NCBI GenBank assembly: GCA_044344255.1
Contig: JBIJDH010000002.1
Coordinates: 512,001 to 576,000 of the forward strand
Origin: Myxococcota bacterium
GTDB taxonomy: Bacteria > Myxococcota_A > UBA796 > UBA2385
Direction: 5' to 3'
Length of the DNA stretch: 64,000 bases
Part shown: piece by piece, positions 29,666-38,866 of the stretch
Numbering within the stretch: position 1 is the first letter of the stretch
Layout: the number at the start of each line of letters is the position of its first letter
Notes under the pieces: generated by a model
Database searches by the model: none
Told to the model about the DNA's origin: nothing
What the model saw: the letters and a program-made list of their open reading frames with translations, nothing else
Program-made: the position numbers and the translations under genes

Positions 29666-32600
29666 CTACTCTGCCTTGTGACCGTGGGCTTCGCCGGCGG
29701 GGGCGGAGTGTTCAGCGTCGCCGCCGTGCCCTCCCCCGTGATGAAGCTTGCTCGGGTTGTGATGGATGCGGGCCAGGTACCGGACGCCCGGCTTCGTGTT
29801 GAGCTCGCCCAGCATCGTGTAGGCGCGCTCGTCCTGGAACTTGTGGTGAACCTCACCCTCGCCGTCCTTGACGTTACCGAAGGTGATCGCGTCGGCCGGG
29901 CAGGCTTGCGCGCAGGCCGTGATCCGACGGAGCGCCTCGTTCGGAACCACCGCGTGGTCGCGGTCCCGATAGGTGTCCTTGGCCTCGCGGAGGCGTTGGA
30001 CACAGAAGGTGCACTTCTCCATCACGCCCATCTCCCGGGTGCTGACATCCGGGTTGAGCATCAGGTTGAAGGACTCGGGCCACTTGAAGCTGTGGTAGTT
30101 GAAGCGCCGCGCCGTGTACGGGCAGTTGTTTCCGCAGTAGCGCGTGCCCACGCAGCGGTTGTAGATCATCGCGTTCAGCCCGTCGAGGTTGTGGTAGGTC
30201 GCGAGGACCGGACACACACCTTCACAGGGAGCGTGACTACAGTGCTGGCACATCGTGGGCTGGAAGCGGACATCGGGGTGATCGTCGCCGCCCTCCCAGT
30301 ACCGAGAGAGGCGAATCCAACCCATGTGCCGGGACTTCTTGATCTGCTCAGGGCCCACCACGGCGAGGTTGTTCTCGGCGTAACAAGCGGCTTCACAGGC
30401 ACCACAGCCGGTACATCGATTCAGATCGAAGGCCATCGCGAAGCGGTACGTCGGGTGGTCTGGCTCCGGGTACATGTCCGTGAGCTTCGCCTTGATCAGC
30501 CGCTCGTCCACCGGCACTTCATGAATCGGGACGATGCTCGCCGGCTTGTCGCCCTTCCCGAGATCATCCTTGGAGACCACGTAGTTGATACCACGCCCCT
30601 CCATCGTGAAGGACCCGAGGTAAGGGTGAAGCGCACTCGGCTTGCCAGAGCGCTTGACCTCGCCGCGCGTGGAGACGTACGAGAGGGCGCCCGAAGCGCT
30701 GTCCACGACTGTGGGGATCAGGCGCAGCGGGTTCTTGCCGAAGCGCGTGTATCGCCCCGACGCCTCGTGCCCATTGCCCATGACCAGCCCGATGACGTCC
30801 TTTCGGATCCCCGGGTAGGCGAACCATCCGACCTCGATCTCTCCCTGAGCCGTCTGGACGGTGACCCCGTCGTCCTTGCTCAGGCCAAGCTTCTCGGCCG
30901 TCTCCGGGTGGATCTCCACCCAGGTGCCCCAGGTGAAAGAGCTCAAGGGCTCGGGGATCTCCTGGGCCCAAGGCTTGTTCGCGTGGCGACCGTCGTAGAT
31001 GAACGGGTGAGGGAAGAGCGCCACCACCACCCCGGCGCCGTCGGGCGTGACCGAGGCGGAGGAGGGGGCAGCCCCGAGCTGGAAGGTCGCTCCGGTGCCC
31101 GGCCGCTCTTGGAAGAAGCCTCCCTTCTGCAAGCTGGACGTCCAGAACGCCTGGGGCGTGGCCGAGCTCCCCGCTTTGGTCCAGATCTCGCTCACCCAGC
31201 GGGCCGCGAGGTAGTCGTGGAAGGTCGCCGCGTCGAGCCGCGGCCCGACCGGCGCAGGGGGCGGAGCCGCGGCCGCCGCGCTCGAGCCATCGGCGGACTG
31301 GGTGGACGTTGTGGAAGTCGGGGCGGTCACGGGGGCCACCACAGCCTCGGGGGCGGCCTGAAGACCGAGGCCCTTCGCGACCGCCAGGAGCGTGTCGCCC
31401 ACCGAGCGAGTCTGGTGGATCGGCTTCATCGTGGGCTGCTGGAGCGTGTACCGGCCGAAGATCTCCTCGCCGTCTCCCCACGTCTCGAGGGTGGTCCCGG
31501 GCGGGAGCACGATGGCCTTAGGGTTGAGGGAGTCGGAAGGCTCGTTGGTGAAGACCACCAGCTGTCCGACCGACGCCAGGGCTTCGCGAGCGCCAGCGTC
31601 TACGGGGGTGCCGTGCACAATGTCGAGCTCGTCGAGGAAGAGGACCCCGACGTTACCCGCCTTGCAGTCGTCGAGGAGCGCCTTGACGTCCGCGAAGGTG
31701 CTGAATCCCTCCGTGTTCGGGTGATTGCCGAAGACCACGGTGGTGCCGATGTTCCCGGCCACCTCATTGAGCAACAGGACCGCGGTGTCAAGCGCGCTGG
31801 CCGCCGAGGAGGTCGCGGTGCCGCTCGGTAGGACTACGCTCGAGGCCTCGGCCATCCAGGCGGCCGTCTGCTGAAGTTTCCCGATGTCCACGCCCGCCTG
31901 GCTCGCCAGCGCCGCGGCGTCGAGCCCGGCCACCAGACCCGCCGCAGGACCGGAGTAGCTGCGCGCCGTCGCGACCAGCGAAGCCAGCGCCAGGGCGACC
32001 GCGACCTCCGCGCCGGGGATGGCCGCGAGGTGAAGGTCGGACATGGCGGCGGTGGTTCCGACGCGCGGCTCAACGCAGACCAGGCGAGAGACGAAGCCGC
32101 CGTGGCTGGGGTCGCGGCTGTTGGCGTAGCCACGGGTGAGGGAGATGGTCTCCCCCCAGGTCCCGAGGAAGTCAGCGCCGAAGGAGACGATGGTGTGCGC
32201 ATCGTCGAGCTTGAACGAAGGGATGGCGTCCATCCCGAATGCGGCGCGACCGGCGCTGCGAAGGCTCTCGCGACCAAGAGGCTCCCAGAGCACCGTCGTC
32301 CCGCCGACCGCCCCAGCGAACTGCCGCAGCAGCGCCGCGAGAGTGCCCGTGCGGTACTTGCCCAGCCAAGCGACCTTCTTGCCGCCAGCCTGCGCGGCCT
32401 GAATGGCCGTGACGACCGCGGCGGTGGCGTCAGCCTCGGCGACCTTAGCGCCGGCCACCATCGGGCCGGTGTAGCGGTCGGGGCTGTAGGTCGCCTGCAG
32501 ACCCGCCTGTCCTCGGCTGCACAGCTTTCCGAGGTTGGTCGGGTGCTCGGGGTTACCCTCCAGCTTTACCACGCGGCCTTCACGATTTCTCGCGAGGACA

Positions 32601-32818
32601 CCGCAGCCCGCCGGGCACTCGTTACACTTGGTGGCAAACCAAGTGGACAGACCAGGGATGATCTGGTCTGGGAGCGCAACATAGGGGAGGACGTTTTCGA
32701 TTGGCACCCGCGGGTCCCAAGAGAGGGGACCGGGGAGGTCAGTGCAGCCCGCGGCCGCCACGGCGGCGCCGGATACACCTGCCGCCTTGAGGAAGTCGCG
32801 CCGATTCAAATTGGACAT
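29666..32818 (-). CDS. actB: Alternative complex III subunit ActB (molybdopterin-oxidoreductase-like domain fused to a multi-FeS domain)
   Basis: Tat 'NRRDFLK' plus lipobox-like 'AAAGC'. FeS motifs CTGCGACEAAC, CQHCSHAPCEGVCP, CVGTRYCGNNCP, CTFC..CAQACP. Confidence 0.93.
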   Translation of the reverse strand: MSNLNRRDFLKAAGVSGAAVAAAGCTDLPGPLSWDPRVPIENVLPYVALPDQIIPGLSTWFATKCNECPAGCGVLARNREGRVVKLEGNPEHPTNLGKLCSRGQAGLQATYSPDRYTGPMVAGAKVAEADATAAVVTAIQAAQAGGKKVAWLGKYRTGTLAALLRQFAGAVGGTTVLWEPLGRESLRSAGRAAFGMDAIPSFKLDDAHTIVSFGADFLGTWGETISLTRGYANSRDPSHGGFVSRLVCVEPRVGTTAAMSDLHLAAIPGAEVAVALALASLVATARSYSGPAAGLVAGLDAAALASQAGVDIGKLQQTAAWMAEASSVVLPSGTATSSAASALDTAVLLLNEVAGNIGTTVVFGNHPNTEGFSTFADVKALLDDCKAGNVGVLFLDELDIVHGTPVDAGAREALASVGQLVVFTNEPSDSLNPKAIVLPPGTTLETWGDGEEIFGRYTLQQPTMKPIHQTRSVGDTLLAVAKGLGLQAAPEAVVAPVTAPTSTTSTQSADGSSAAAAAPPPAPVGPRLDAATFHDYLAARWVSEIWTKAGSSATPQAFWTSSLQKGGFFQERPGTGATFQLGAAPSSASVTPDGAGVVVALFPHPFIYDGRHANKPWAQEIPEPLSSFTWGTWVEIHPETAEKLGLSKDDGVTVQTAQGEIEVGWFAYPGIRKDVIGLVMGNGHEASGRYTRFGKNPLRLIPTVVDSASGALSYVSTRGEVKRSGKPSALHPYLGSFTMEGRGINYVVSKDDLGKGDKPASIVPIHEVPVDERLIKAKLTDMYPEPDHPTYRFAMAFDLNRCTGCGACEAACYAENNLAVVGPEQIKKSRHMGWIRLSRYWEGGDDHPDVRFQPTMCQHCSHAPCEGVCPVLATYHNLDGLNAMIYNRCVGTRYCGNNCPYTARRFNYHSFKWPESFNLMLNPDVSTREMGVMEKCTFCVQRLREAKDTYRDRDHAVVPNEALRRITACAQACPADAITFGNVKDGEGEVHHKFQDERAYTMLGELNTKPGVRYLARIHHNPSKLHHGGGHGGDAEHSAPAGEAHGHKAE

Positions 32819-32837
32819 GGGAACGCTCCGAACTCCG

Positions 32838-33584
32838 TCACTTGTGGCAGGTCCAGCAGTCCTTGAGCTCGGCTCGCCGCAGCTCGGCCTGGGCACCATA
32901 GTTCTTGTCGACGTTCGGGTGGGACTTGTGGCAGTCCAGACACCATCCCATCGTCAGCTGGCCGACACGGTAGGCCGTGGTCATGTCGGTCTGCACCTGG
33001 CCATGGCACTCCTGGCACTGCAGACCGCCCTGAACGTGGCGCTTGTGGCTGAAATACACGAAGTCGGGGAGGTCGTGGACCTTCACCCAAGGGATCGGCT
33101 CACCGGAGGCGTAGTACTTCTCCAGCTTCTCGAGCTCCGTACGGCCGGGTTCGGGCCGCCCCTCGGACTTCACGTAGGCGTGGCAGTTCATGCAGGTCTG
33201 CGTCGGAGGCACGCCTGCGTGAATCGATTTTCTGGCCACGAAGTGGCAATATTGGCAGTCGATTCCCAGGGTGCCGGCGTGGAGCTTGTGGGAGTAGTTG
33301 ATCGGCTGCTCTAGCCGTTCGTCACTGACAGCTCCATAGGCGACACGATCCCCGTTGGGGGGAGGCAAGAGCCAGTGCACACCCTGGGGGAAGGTCTGGT
33401 CGTCATCTTCGATCCAGGAGAAGGCCTCCGGGACCCGAGGGTCGTGGGGGACGTCATCAGCCGCGATGACCGCGACCTCGGTCTCGGGCTTCGATGCGTG
33501 ACCGCTACCGGTCAGGCTCGCCGCCAGGGTCGCGGCTCCAACCAAGGGGGCAGCGAGGAGCAGGATCCGCTTCCAACGTGTCAT
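32838..33584 (-). CDS. actA: Alternative complex III pentaheme cytochrome c ActA
   Basis: 'QPINYSHKLH', CQYCH, CMNCH, 'VH.LPDFVYFSH', CQECH, 'MGWCLDCH', CWTCH. Confidence 0.93.
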   Translation of the reverse strand: MTRWKRILLLAAPLVGAATLAASLTGSGHASKPETEVAVIAADDVPHDPRVPEAFSWIEDDDQTFPQGVHWLLPPPNGDRVAYGAVSDERLEQPINYSHKLHAGTLGIDCQYCHFVARKSIHAGVPPTQTCMNCHAYVKSEGRPEPGRTELEKLEKYYASGEPIPWVKVHDLPDFVYFSHKRHVQGGLQCQECHGQVQTDMTTAYRVGQLTMGWCLDCHKSHPNVDKNYGAQAELRRAELKDCWTCHK

Positions 33585-33871
33585 GGCTTCTTCCGGCTCT
33601 CTTCCCGCGGGGCCCGGTCGCGCAGATGGGCCTGCGCGCGTTGCCCTGGGCCCGTTGATGGGCCCGGTTCGGACGGGTCGCCCCCCTAATGTGCGGGCCC
33701 TTCTCGTTCAAGGATCCACATCCCGACATCGCCGCTCGGGCGGGAATGCTGTAGTCCATGTGGGGGTTCGTTCGGGATCATCTCGCGGTCCGGCCTGATT
33801 GTCCGGAGGGTGTAGAGAGTTCCACCTTGTCGCAGCAGGTGGGGTCGCTATGAGAGGACGGCGAGGTGGAG

Positions 33872-34333
33872 ATGGTCCAGGGACCAAATTTGGACTTTCA
33901 CGCCCGAAGGTGGGCCTGGGGCTTGATCGCCTTCGGTGGTACTGCGGCCCTCCTGTTGAGCTGCGGAGGGGCTCGGCCGAGAGGAGAGCCGGAGGCGGCC
34001 TCGGCTCATTCGTCCGCTGCGCGGGAAGGAGAGGTGGCGGCGGCCGAGGGCACTTCGGCGGCGACCGCGGAGGGCCGCCGATCCGCGGACCTCTACGAAG
34101 GCTGTCGTCGGCGAGTCGAGGGTGCGGAGGTGGCAGGAGAATGTGCCACCGACGCGGACTGTGTCAGGGCGGGCTGCTCCCAGGAGATCTGCCTCAGCCG
34201 CCCAGCAGCGGAGGGGCTCATGGGGAGCTGTGAGGTCCAACCTTGTTTCAGCGTGCTGGATCAATGCGGCTGCCACGACACCCGCTGCACCTGGACGCTC
34301 AAGCCCGCTACACGCGCCGGTGGGGCCGGTTGA
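33872..34333 (+). CDS. Lipoprotein with eight-cysteine-cluster-like domain
   Basis: Lipobox 'LLLSC'. 'C.TDADC.RAGCSQEIC...C.VQPC...CGC...CTW'. Confidence 0.72.
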   Translation: MVQGPNLDFHARRWAWGLIAFGGTAALLLSCGGARPRGEPEAASAHSSAAREGEVAAAEGTSAATAEGRRSADLYEGCRRRVEGAEVAGECATDADCVRAGCSQEICLSRPAAEGLMGSCEVQPCFSVLDQCGCHDTRCTWTLKPATRAGGAG

Positions 34334-34337
34334 GGCG

Positions 34338-34856
34338 ATGATTCGAATTACAGGCGGCGTAGCTCGAGGTAGGGCGGTGCCCGGCACGATCGGCGACCAC
34401 GTCCGCCCCACCTCGGGGAGAGTCCGTGAGGCGCTCTTCTCCATGGTCGGGCAGGACCTTCAAGGTTGGTCGGTGTTGGACGCCTTTGGCGGTACCGGTC
34501 TGTTGGCCTTTGAGGCCGCCAGCCGCGGCGCCGGCCCGGTGCTCGTCGTCGATCGGGACCCGAGGTCGGTGCGTCAGATCGAGGCCGCGGGTCGCCAGCT
34601 TGGGCTCGCCGTGACCGTCCTTCGAGAGGACGCGGCCCGTGCCCTCGTCGCGCCCGGCTGGGATCTCGTCCTCCTCGATCCCCCCTACGCGGAGGAGCCC
34701 GGGCCCTGGCTGGAGCGCGCCGCGCCAGTGACGCTCCGTTGCCTCGTCTTCGAGCACCGAAGTGGGCACCGCCTCCCGGATCAGGTGGGTCCGCTCCGGC
34801 TCGATCGACGCCGAGAGTACGGCGAGACGGCCCTCACCCTGTTTCGGCGCGGGTGA
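34338..34856 (+). CDS. rsmD: 16S rRNA m2G966 methyltransferase RsmD family
   Basis: 'RITGG..RG', 'RPT..RVREALF', 'LD.FGGTG...FEA.SRGA', 'DPPY', 'YGET'. Confidence 0.92.
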   Translation: MIRITGGVARGRAVPGTIGDHVRPTSGRVREALFSMVGQDLQGWSVLDAFGGTGLLAFEAASRGAGPVLVVDRDPRSVRQIEAAGRQLGLAVTVLREDAARALVAPGWDLVLLDPPYAEEPGPWLERAAPVTLRCLVFEHRSGHRLPDQVGPLRLDRRREYGETALTLFRRG

Positions 34857-34996
34857 CTCCGCTCCGATGCGGTGGCGCAGGGCTCCCGATGGTGCGGCCA
34901 GGGCGTTATCTGCGCCCCTCCGCTTCAGGGCGGCGCGGCGTCCGCGTGGGCCGCTCCCCCGAGCCCTCAGGTCCCCGATAGGGTCCGGAGCCCCAT

Positions 34997-36367
34997 ATGA
35001 ACCCTGCTTCTGCTCTCCGTCCTGCTTCGGCTGAGGTCGCCGATCCTGGGCCTTCGGGGCGCCGCGTGGTCATCGGCTGTGGCCCAGACGGACTGCGGGC
35101 GGCGGCCGTGCTGGCCGCGGCCGGCCACGCGGTCACCTTCCTCCAGACCGCCGAGACTCCCTCCGGCTTGCGCTGGCCTGAGCTGCCCGTCGATGCGGGG
35201 ATCCTCCGCGTCCCCGCCGCAGACCGTGCGGTCGCCGAGCAGGTTGTTGGATCGCTCGTCGAAGCTCCCACCCCCGAGCGAGCGCTGCTTGCCCGAGGGG
35301 CGCTCCACACACTCCCGCTCTCTCGCCCCGAGGTCGGCCGACTGTTCCCGGCCGCATCCGCCCTGCCTGCCGCGCAGAGTTGGGTGCGCTCCCGCTTCAA
35401 GAACACCCTGGCGGAGCTTGTAGGCGGTGGACAGGAGGAGCGCAGCTACAAGGACTGGGTCGTCCGCCGCATGGGTGGGCCGGCCTGGCACCACATCTAC
35501 CGTGCTTATGCTCACCAACGTTGGGGCTTCGACGGCGCGGTGCTCGGCGTCGGTCTCGCGCGGGTCTACCACGGTAGGCCAGATGCCGGGCCCTTCCTCA
35601 CGGTGGGCGGTGGGCCGGCCACGGCGCTCGCGAGGGCTGAAGAGCTCATCATCTCCGCCGGCGGCCGGGTCCGCCTGGCCGTGAAGGTCGAGCGGCTCGT
35701 CGTCGAAGGCGGGAAGGTACGGGCGGTCCTGCTCCAGGACGGTGAGCGAATCGACGTCCTCGGCCCGCTGTGGGCGGCGGTGCCGGCCCCGTGGTTGGCG
35801 AGCTGGCTGGAGGATGCGATCCCCGGCCCGATCCGCAGCGACACGGCGCTCTTGGAGATGCTCCCCGTGGCACGTGTGGCGCTCCGCGGCGACACCAACC
35901 GACTCCCCGCCGAGGTGCACGTCACCGATGAGGGTGCCCCGTTCTGGCGGGTCATCCGCCCCTATGGCATCGAGCAAACCGCGATCTTTCACGTCACTGC
36001 TCCCAAGGAGGCCGACGATGACCGCCTCGCCCAAGGGGTCGCCGAGGCCGCGGCGGCGCTCGGCCTGGGGACGTACAGCGTCAGCGGGGCGAAGGTGGAG
36101 CGCCTCGTCGCTTGGCAGCCCGTGTGGCGGAGCACCTCGCACACCCGCCTAAGATCGGTGTTGCTCGCGTGGCGCACCCTCGGCATCGTGGCGGTGGGCC
36201 GATGCGGCGCCTTTGCTGGCCTCGACGCCGGCGAAGAGATCTCTTTCGCCGTGGCGCTTCGGGATCGCGACGATCCCGACCAGCGCGAGGTTCAGCGGGA
36301 TCTGGCGTCCCCGCCGGTGGGCCAGGACGACCTCCACGCCGCGATCACCCGCTTCATCGAGCGCTGA
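34997..36367 (+). CDS. FAD-dependent oxidoreductase (protoporphyrinogen oxidase/amine oxidase-like, divergent)
   Basis: Rossmann 'VVIGCGPDGL.AA..LA..G', 'SY.DWV.RRMG', C-terminal 'VGRCG.F'. Confidence 0.65.
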   Translation: MNPASALRPASAEVADPGPSGRRVVIGCGPDGLRAAAVLAAAGHAVTFLQTAETPSGLRWPELPVDAGILRVPAADRAVAEQVVGSLVEAPTPERALLARGALHTLPLSRPEVGRLFPAASALPAAQSWVRSRFKNTLAELVGGGQEERSYKDWVVRRMGGPAWHHIYRAYAHQRWGFDGAVLGVGLARVYHGRPDAGPFLTVGGGPATALARAEELIISAGGRVRLAVKVERLVVEGGKVRAVLLQDGERIDVLGPLWAAVPAPWLASWLEDAIPGPIRSDTALLEMLPVARVALRGDTNRLPAEVHVTDEGAPFWRVIRPYGIEQTAIFHVTAPKEADDDRLAQGVAEAAAALGLGTYSVSGAKVERLVAWQPVWRSTSHTRLRSVLLAWRTLGIVAVGRCGAFAGLDAGEEISFAVALRDRDDPDQREVQRDLASPPVGQDDLHAAITRFIER

Positions 36368-36385
36368 TCGCGCGGCGGCGAGGGC

Positions 36386-36910
36386 TCAGTCCTTGGTCTT
36401 CATGTTGGTGCACCAATCCACCTCGAAGTCCCCCGACATCGAGCCGTCGTCGAAGCCGACGTCGAAGGAGCCCACGGCGGCGTCCTTCTTGGTGAACTCG
36501 TCGATGGTCAGGCTGCCGGTCTCGGCCCGGTAGACCGTCATGGCGCCGTCCTGGATCACCAGCAGTCGTCCATCTACGGGCGCGTCCCCTTCGAGGCTCA
36601 CGTTTCCTTCGGTGACGTCCGAGTCTTCGAAGGTGAACAACAGGGCGACGATATCATCTTCGACCGGCGGCTCCACACCGGTCTCGAAGGTGGGACCCCG
36701 CTTCACCCAGTACATGTCGATGCACTCGTAGGCCTTGCTCGTGAAGATGAGGAAGGGTCCTCCCCAGAAGTATCCCTCCGGCTTGAGGGTCTCTCCAGCG
36801 ACGGTGCCGCTGAGATCGGCGTAGGCGTCCGCCCCACAGCCCGACACGGAGAGAGAGCCGAGCGAGAGGCCGAGGCAGAAGAGGACGGTGCGAGGGTCAA
36901 AGCTGGGCAC
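36386..36910 (-). CDS. Hypothetical beta-rich lipoprotein
   Basis: GTG start, hydrophobic stretch ending 'SVSGC', acidic beta-strand-like body, strong GC3 bias. Confidence 0.65.
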   Translation of the reverse strand: MPSFDPRTVLFCLGLSLGSLSVSGCGADAYADLSGTVAGETLKPEGYFWGGPFLIFTSKAYECIDMYWVKRGPTFETGVEPPVEDDIVALLFTFEDSDVTEGNVSLEGDAPVDGRLLVIQDGAMTVYRAETGSLTIDEFTKKDAAVGSFDVGFDDGSMSGDFEVDWCTNMKTKD

Positions 36911-37055
36911 GGGGAGGACCTCCGGGCGGGCCGCGCAGCGCAGCGGCGTGGGGGGTTCGCGAAGGACCTCGGGCGAGGGGTGAGGTCCGCGGAGTAGATC
37001 CCTCATACTCTATTCGGACCGAAGGCCGACCGGGGAGCGCGCTGGTTAAGGTCCG

Positions 37056-38096
37056 GTGGTGAACGACGACCCCGCCCCTCACCCGTCGACGGCTCAAACC
37101 ACGCTGACCTTGCCCCCCTCGTCGGTGGGCGCGGAGGTGCTCTTCAGCGGCTTCAAGCGGGCCGTACAGGGAGATCGTCGCGCCTTGGCACGGGCGGTCA
37201 GCCGGATCGAAGACCGGGCGGACGGCGTGTTGGAGGCGGTCGGCGGACTGCGGCCTCGCCGCCGCTCGGGTCCAGCGTCGCCCCATGTGATCGGCCTCAC
37301 TGGCCCTCCGGGCGCGGGTAAGAGCACCTTCACGAACCGCCTCGTCCGTGAAGCTCGAGAGCGGGGACAGCGGGTCGCCGTGCTGGCCGTTGACCCATCG
37401 AGCCCCTTCTCGGGAGGCGCGATCTTGGGAGATCGGCTCCGGATGGAGGAGCACGCCGCCGACCCGGCGGTGTTCATTCGATCGCTGGCCAGCCGGGGGC
37501 ACCTTGGCGGGCTCTCCCGGGCGACCGGGCAGGTGGTGGATCTGCTCGACGCCGCTGGCTTCGACCTCATCCTCGTCGAGACCGTGGGGGTCGGGCAGTC
37601 CGAGCTCTCCGTGATGGAGGTCGCCGACACCGTCATCGTCGTCCTCACGCCAGAGAGCGGTGACACCGTCCAGACGATGAAGGCGGGCCTGCTCGAGGTA
37701 GCAGACGTGTTCGTGGTCAACAAGGCAGACCGCCCCGGGGCGGACCGCCTCCGTCGCGACTTGGAGCAGATGGTGCGCCTGGACGGCGAGGTACCAGGCT
37801 CGTCGACCGACTGGACTCCACCGGTCTTGACGACCTGCGCCACCGAGGGGACGGGTGTCAGCGACGTCGCGCGCGCCTGCAGGGCTCACCTCGGGTGGAT
37901 CTCTGGCGCCGGGCTCGCCGACTGGGAGCGTCGTCGCGCCGCCGGTCGGCTCCGCACCTTCCTCGATCTCATCGCCGAAGACGCCCGTGAAGCGGCCGCG
38001 TCTCGCCTCCGCACGACCGCCCTCTCTGAGCGTCGTGGGCTCGAGGCGGGAGAGCTCAACCCATACCTGCTCGCCGCCGCGTGGGGCCGCTCGTGA
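37056..38096 (+). CDS. meaB: Methylmalonyl-CoA mutase-associated GTPase MeaB/ArgK
   Basis: 'GPPGAGKST', 'VDPSSPFSGGAILGDRLRM', 'ETVGVGQSE', 'NKAD'. Confidence 0.95.
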   Translation: MVNDDPAPHPSTAQTTLTLPPSSVGAEVLFSGFKRAVQGDRRALARAVSRIEDRADGVLEAVGGLRPRRRSGPASPHVIGLTGPPGAGKSTFTNRLVREARERGQRVAVLAVDPSSPFSGGAILGDRLRMEEHAADPAVFIRSLASRGHLGGLSRATGQVVDLLDAAGFDLILVETVGVGQSELSVMEVADTVIVVLTPESGDTVQTMKAGLLEVADVFVVNKADRPGADRLRRDLEQMVRLDGEVPGSSTDWTPPVLTTCATEGTGVSDVARACRAHLGWISGAGLADWERRRAAGRLRTFLDLIAEDAREAAASRLRTTALSERRGLEAGELNPYLLAAAWGRS

Positions 38097-38866
38097 GCGC
38101 CGGTCTCCGCGGCCTCCCGCGTGGCTCCGGTGTGGTCCACCTCGAGCGTGAGGGCGGCTGCTCGCGCATCACCTTCGACAACCCCGCGCGCCACAACGCG
38201 CTGTCTCCCGGGATGATGCTCGACCTCGAGGCAGCGGTGAGCGAGCTGGAGATCGATCCGGGCGTGTCGGTGATCCTCTCCGGCGCCCGTGGCGGCAGCT
38301 TCTGCGCCGGGGGCGATCTTGTCTCAGTCCGCGAGCACCTCCTCGCTCCCGGGCTCGGCGCAGAGATGTGCGCGTTCATGCAGGGTGCGCTCCAGCGCCT
38401 CTGCGCCCTCCCGGTGGTGATCATCGGCGCGGTCGAGGGCGCGGCCCTCGGGGGCGGGGCAGAGCTGCTCACCGCCTGTGACCGGGTCTTTGCCAGCGAG
38501 GCCGCCACAGTAGGCTTCGTGCAGGCGGCGCTCGGAGTGTCGACGGGTTGGGGCGGGGGCGCTCGTCTGGTTGAGCGAGTGGGCCGACGGCGTGCCCTGA
38601 TCATCCTGACCGAGGCGCGCCGGATGACCGCCGCGGAGGCAGCCGCCATCGGCCTGATCGAGGAGGTGGTGCCTGCTGGGCACGCGCTCTCGAGGGCGGT
38701 CCGGGTCGCCGCCGCCCTGTCTCTCCTCCCCCCGGGGGCGGTCCAGGCCGCGGTGCGCGTGGCACGTTCCTCCGATCTCGCCGTGGAGGCGCGGCTCTTC
38801 GCCGAGCTCTGGGGTGGATCGGCCCATCGCACAGCCCTCGGCGACGGCCAGGGTCGAGGTCGATGA
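38093..38866 (+). CDS. Crotonase-fold enzyme, ethylmalonyl/methylmalonyl-CoA decarboxylase (ECHDC1)-like
   Basis: 'FCAGGDL', 'GGGAEL..ACD', 'FVQ..LGV..GWGG..RL', C-terminal 'LWGG.AH'. GTGA overlap with meaB. Confidence 0.8.
   Translation: MSAGLRGLPRGSGVVHLEREGGCSRITFDNPARHNALSPGMMLDLEAAVSELEIDPGVSVILSGARGGSFCAGGDLVSVREHLLAPGLGAEMCAFMQGALQRLCALPVVIIGAVEGAALGGGAELLTACDRVFASEAATVGFVQAALGVSTGWGGGARLVERVGRRRALIILTEARRMTAAEAAAIGLIEEVVPAGHALSRAVRVAAALSLLPPGAVQAAVRVARSSDLAVEARLFAELWGGSAHRTALGDGQGRGR

Noticed and set aside
28517..31831. 1104-aa ORF on the + strand, and similar long ORFs such as 16111..18213 (-), 23663..25849 (-) and 25883..27715 (+)
   Set aside because: Antisense shadows of well-supported genes (actB/C, purL, the J-like gene, actE/F). 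Expected in high-GC DNA; no recognisable motifs.
25880..33584. Nitrite or polysulfide reductase (Nrf/Psr), or Qrc
   Set aside because: Presence and order of ActD-, ActE- and ActF-type genes identify alternative complex III.
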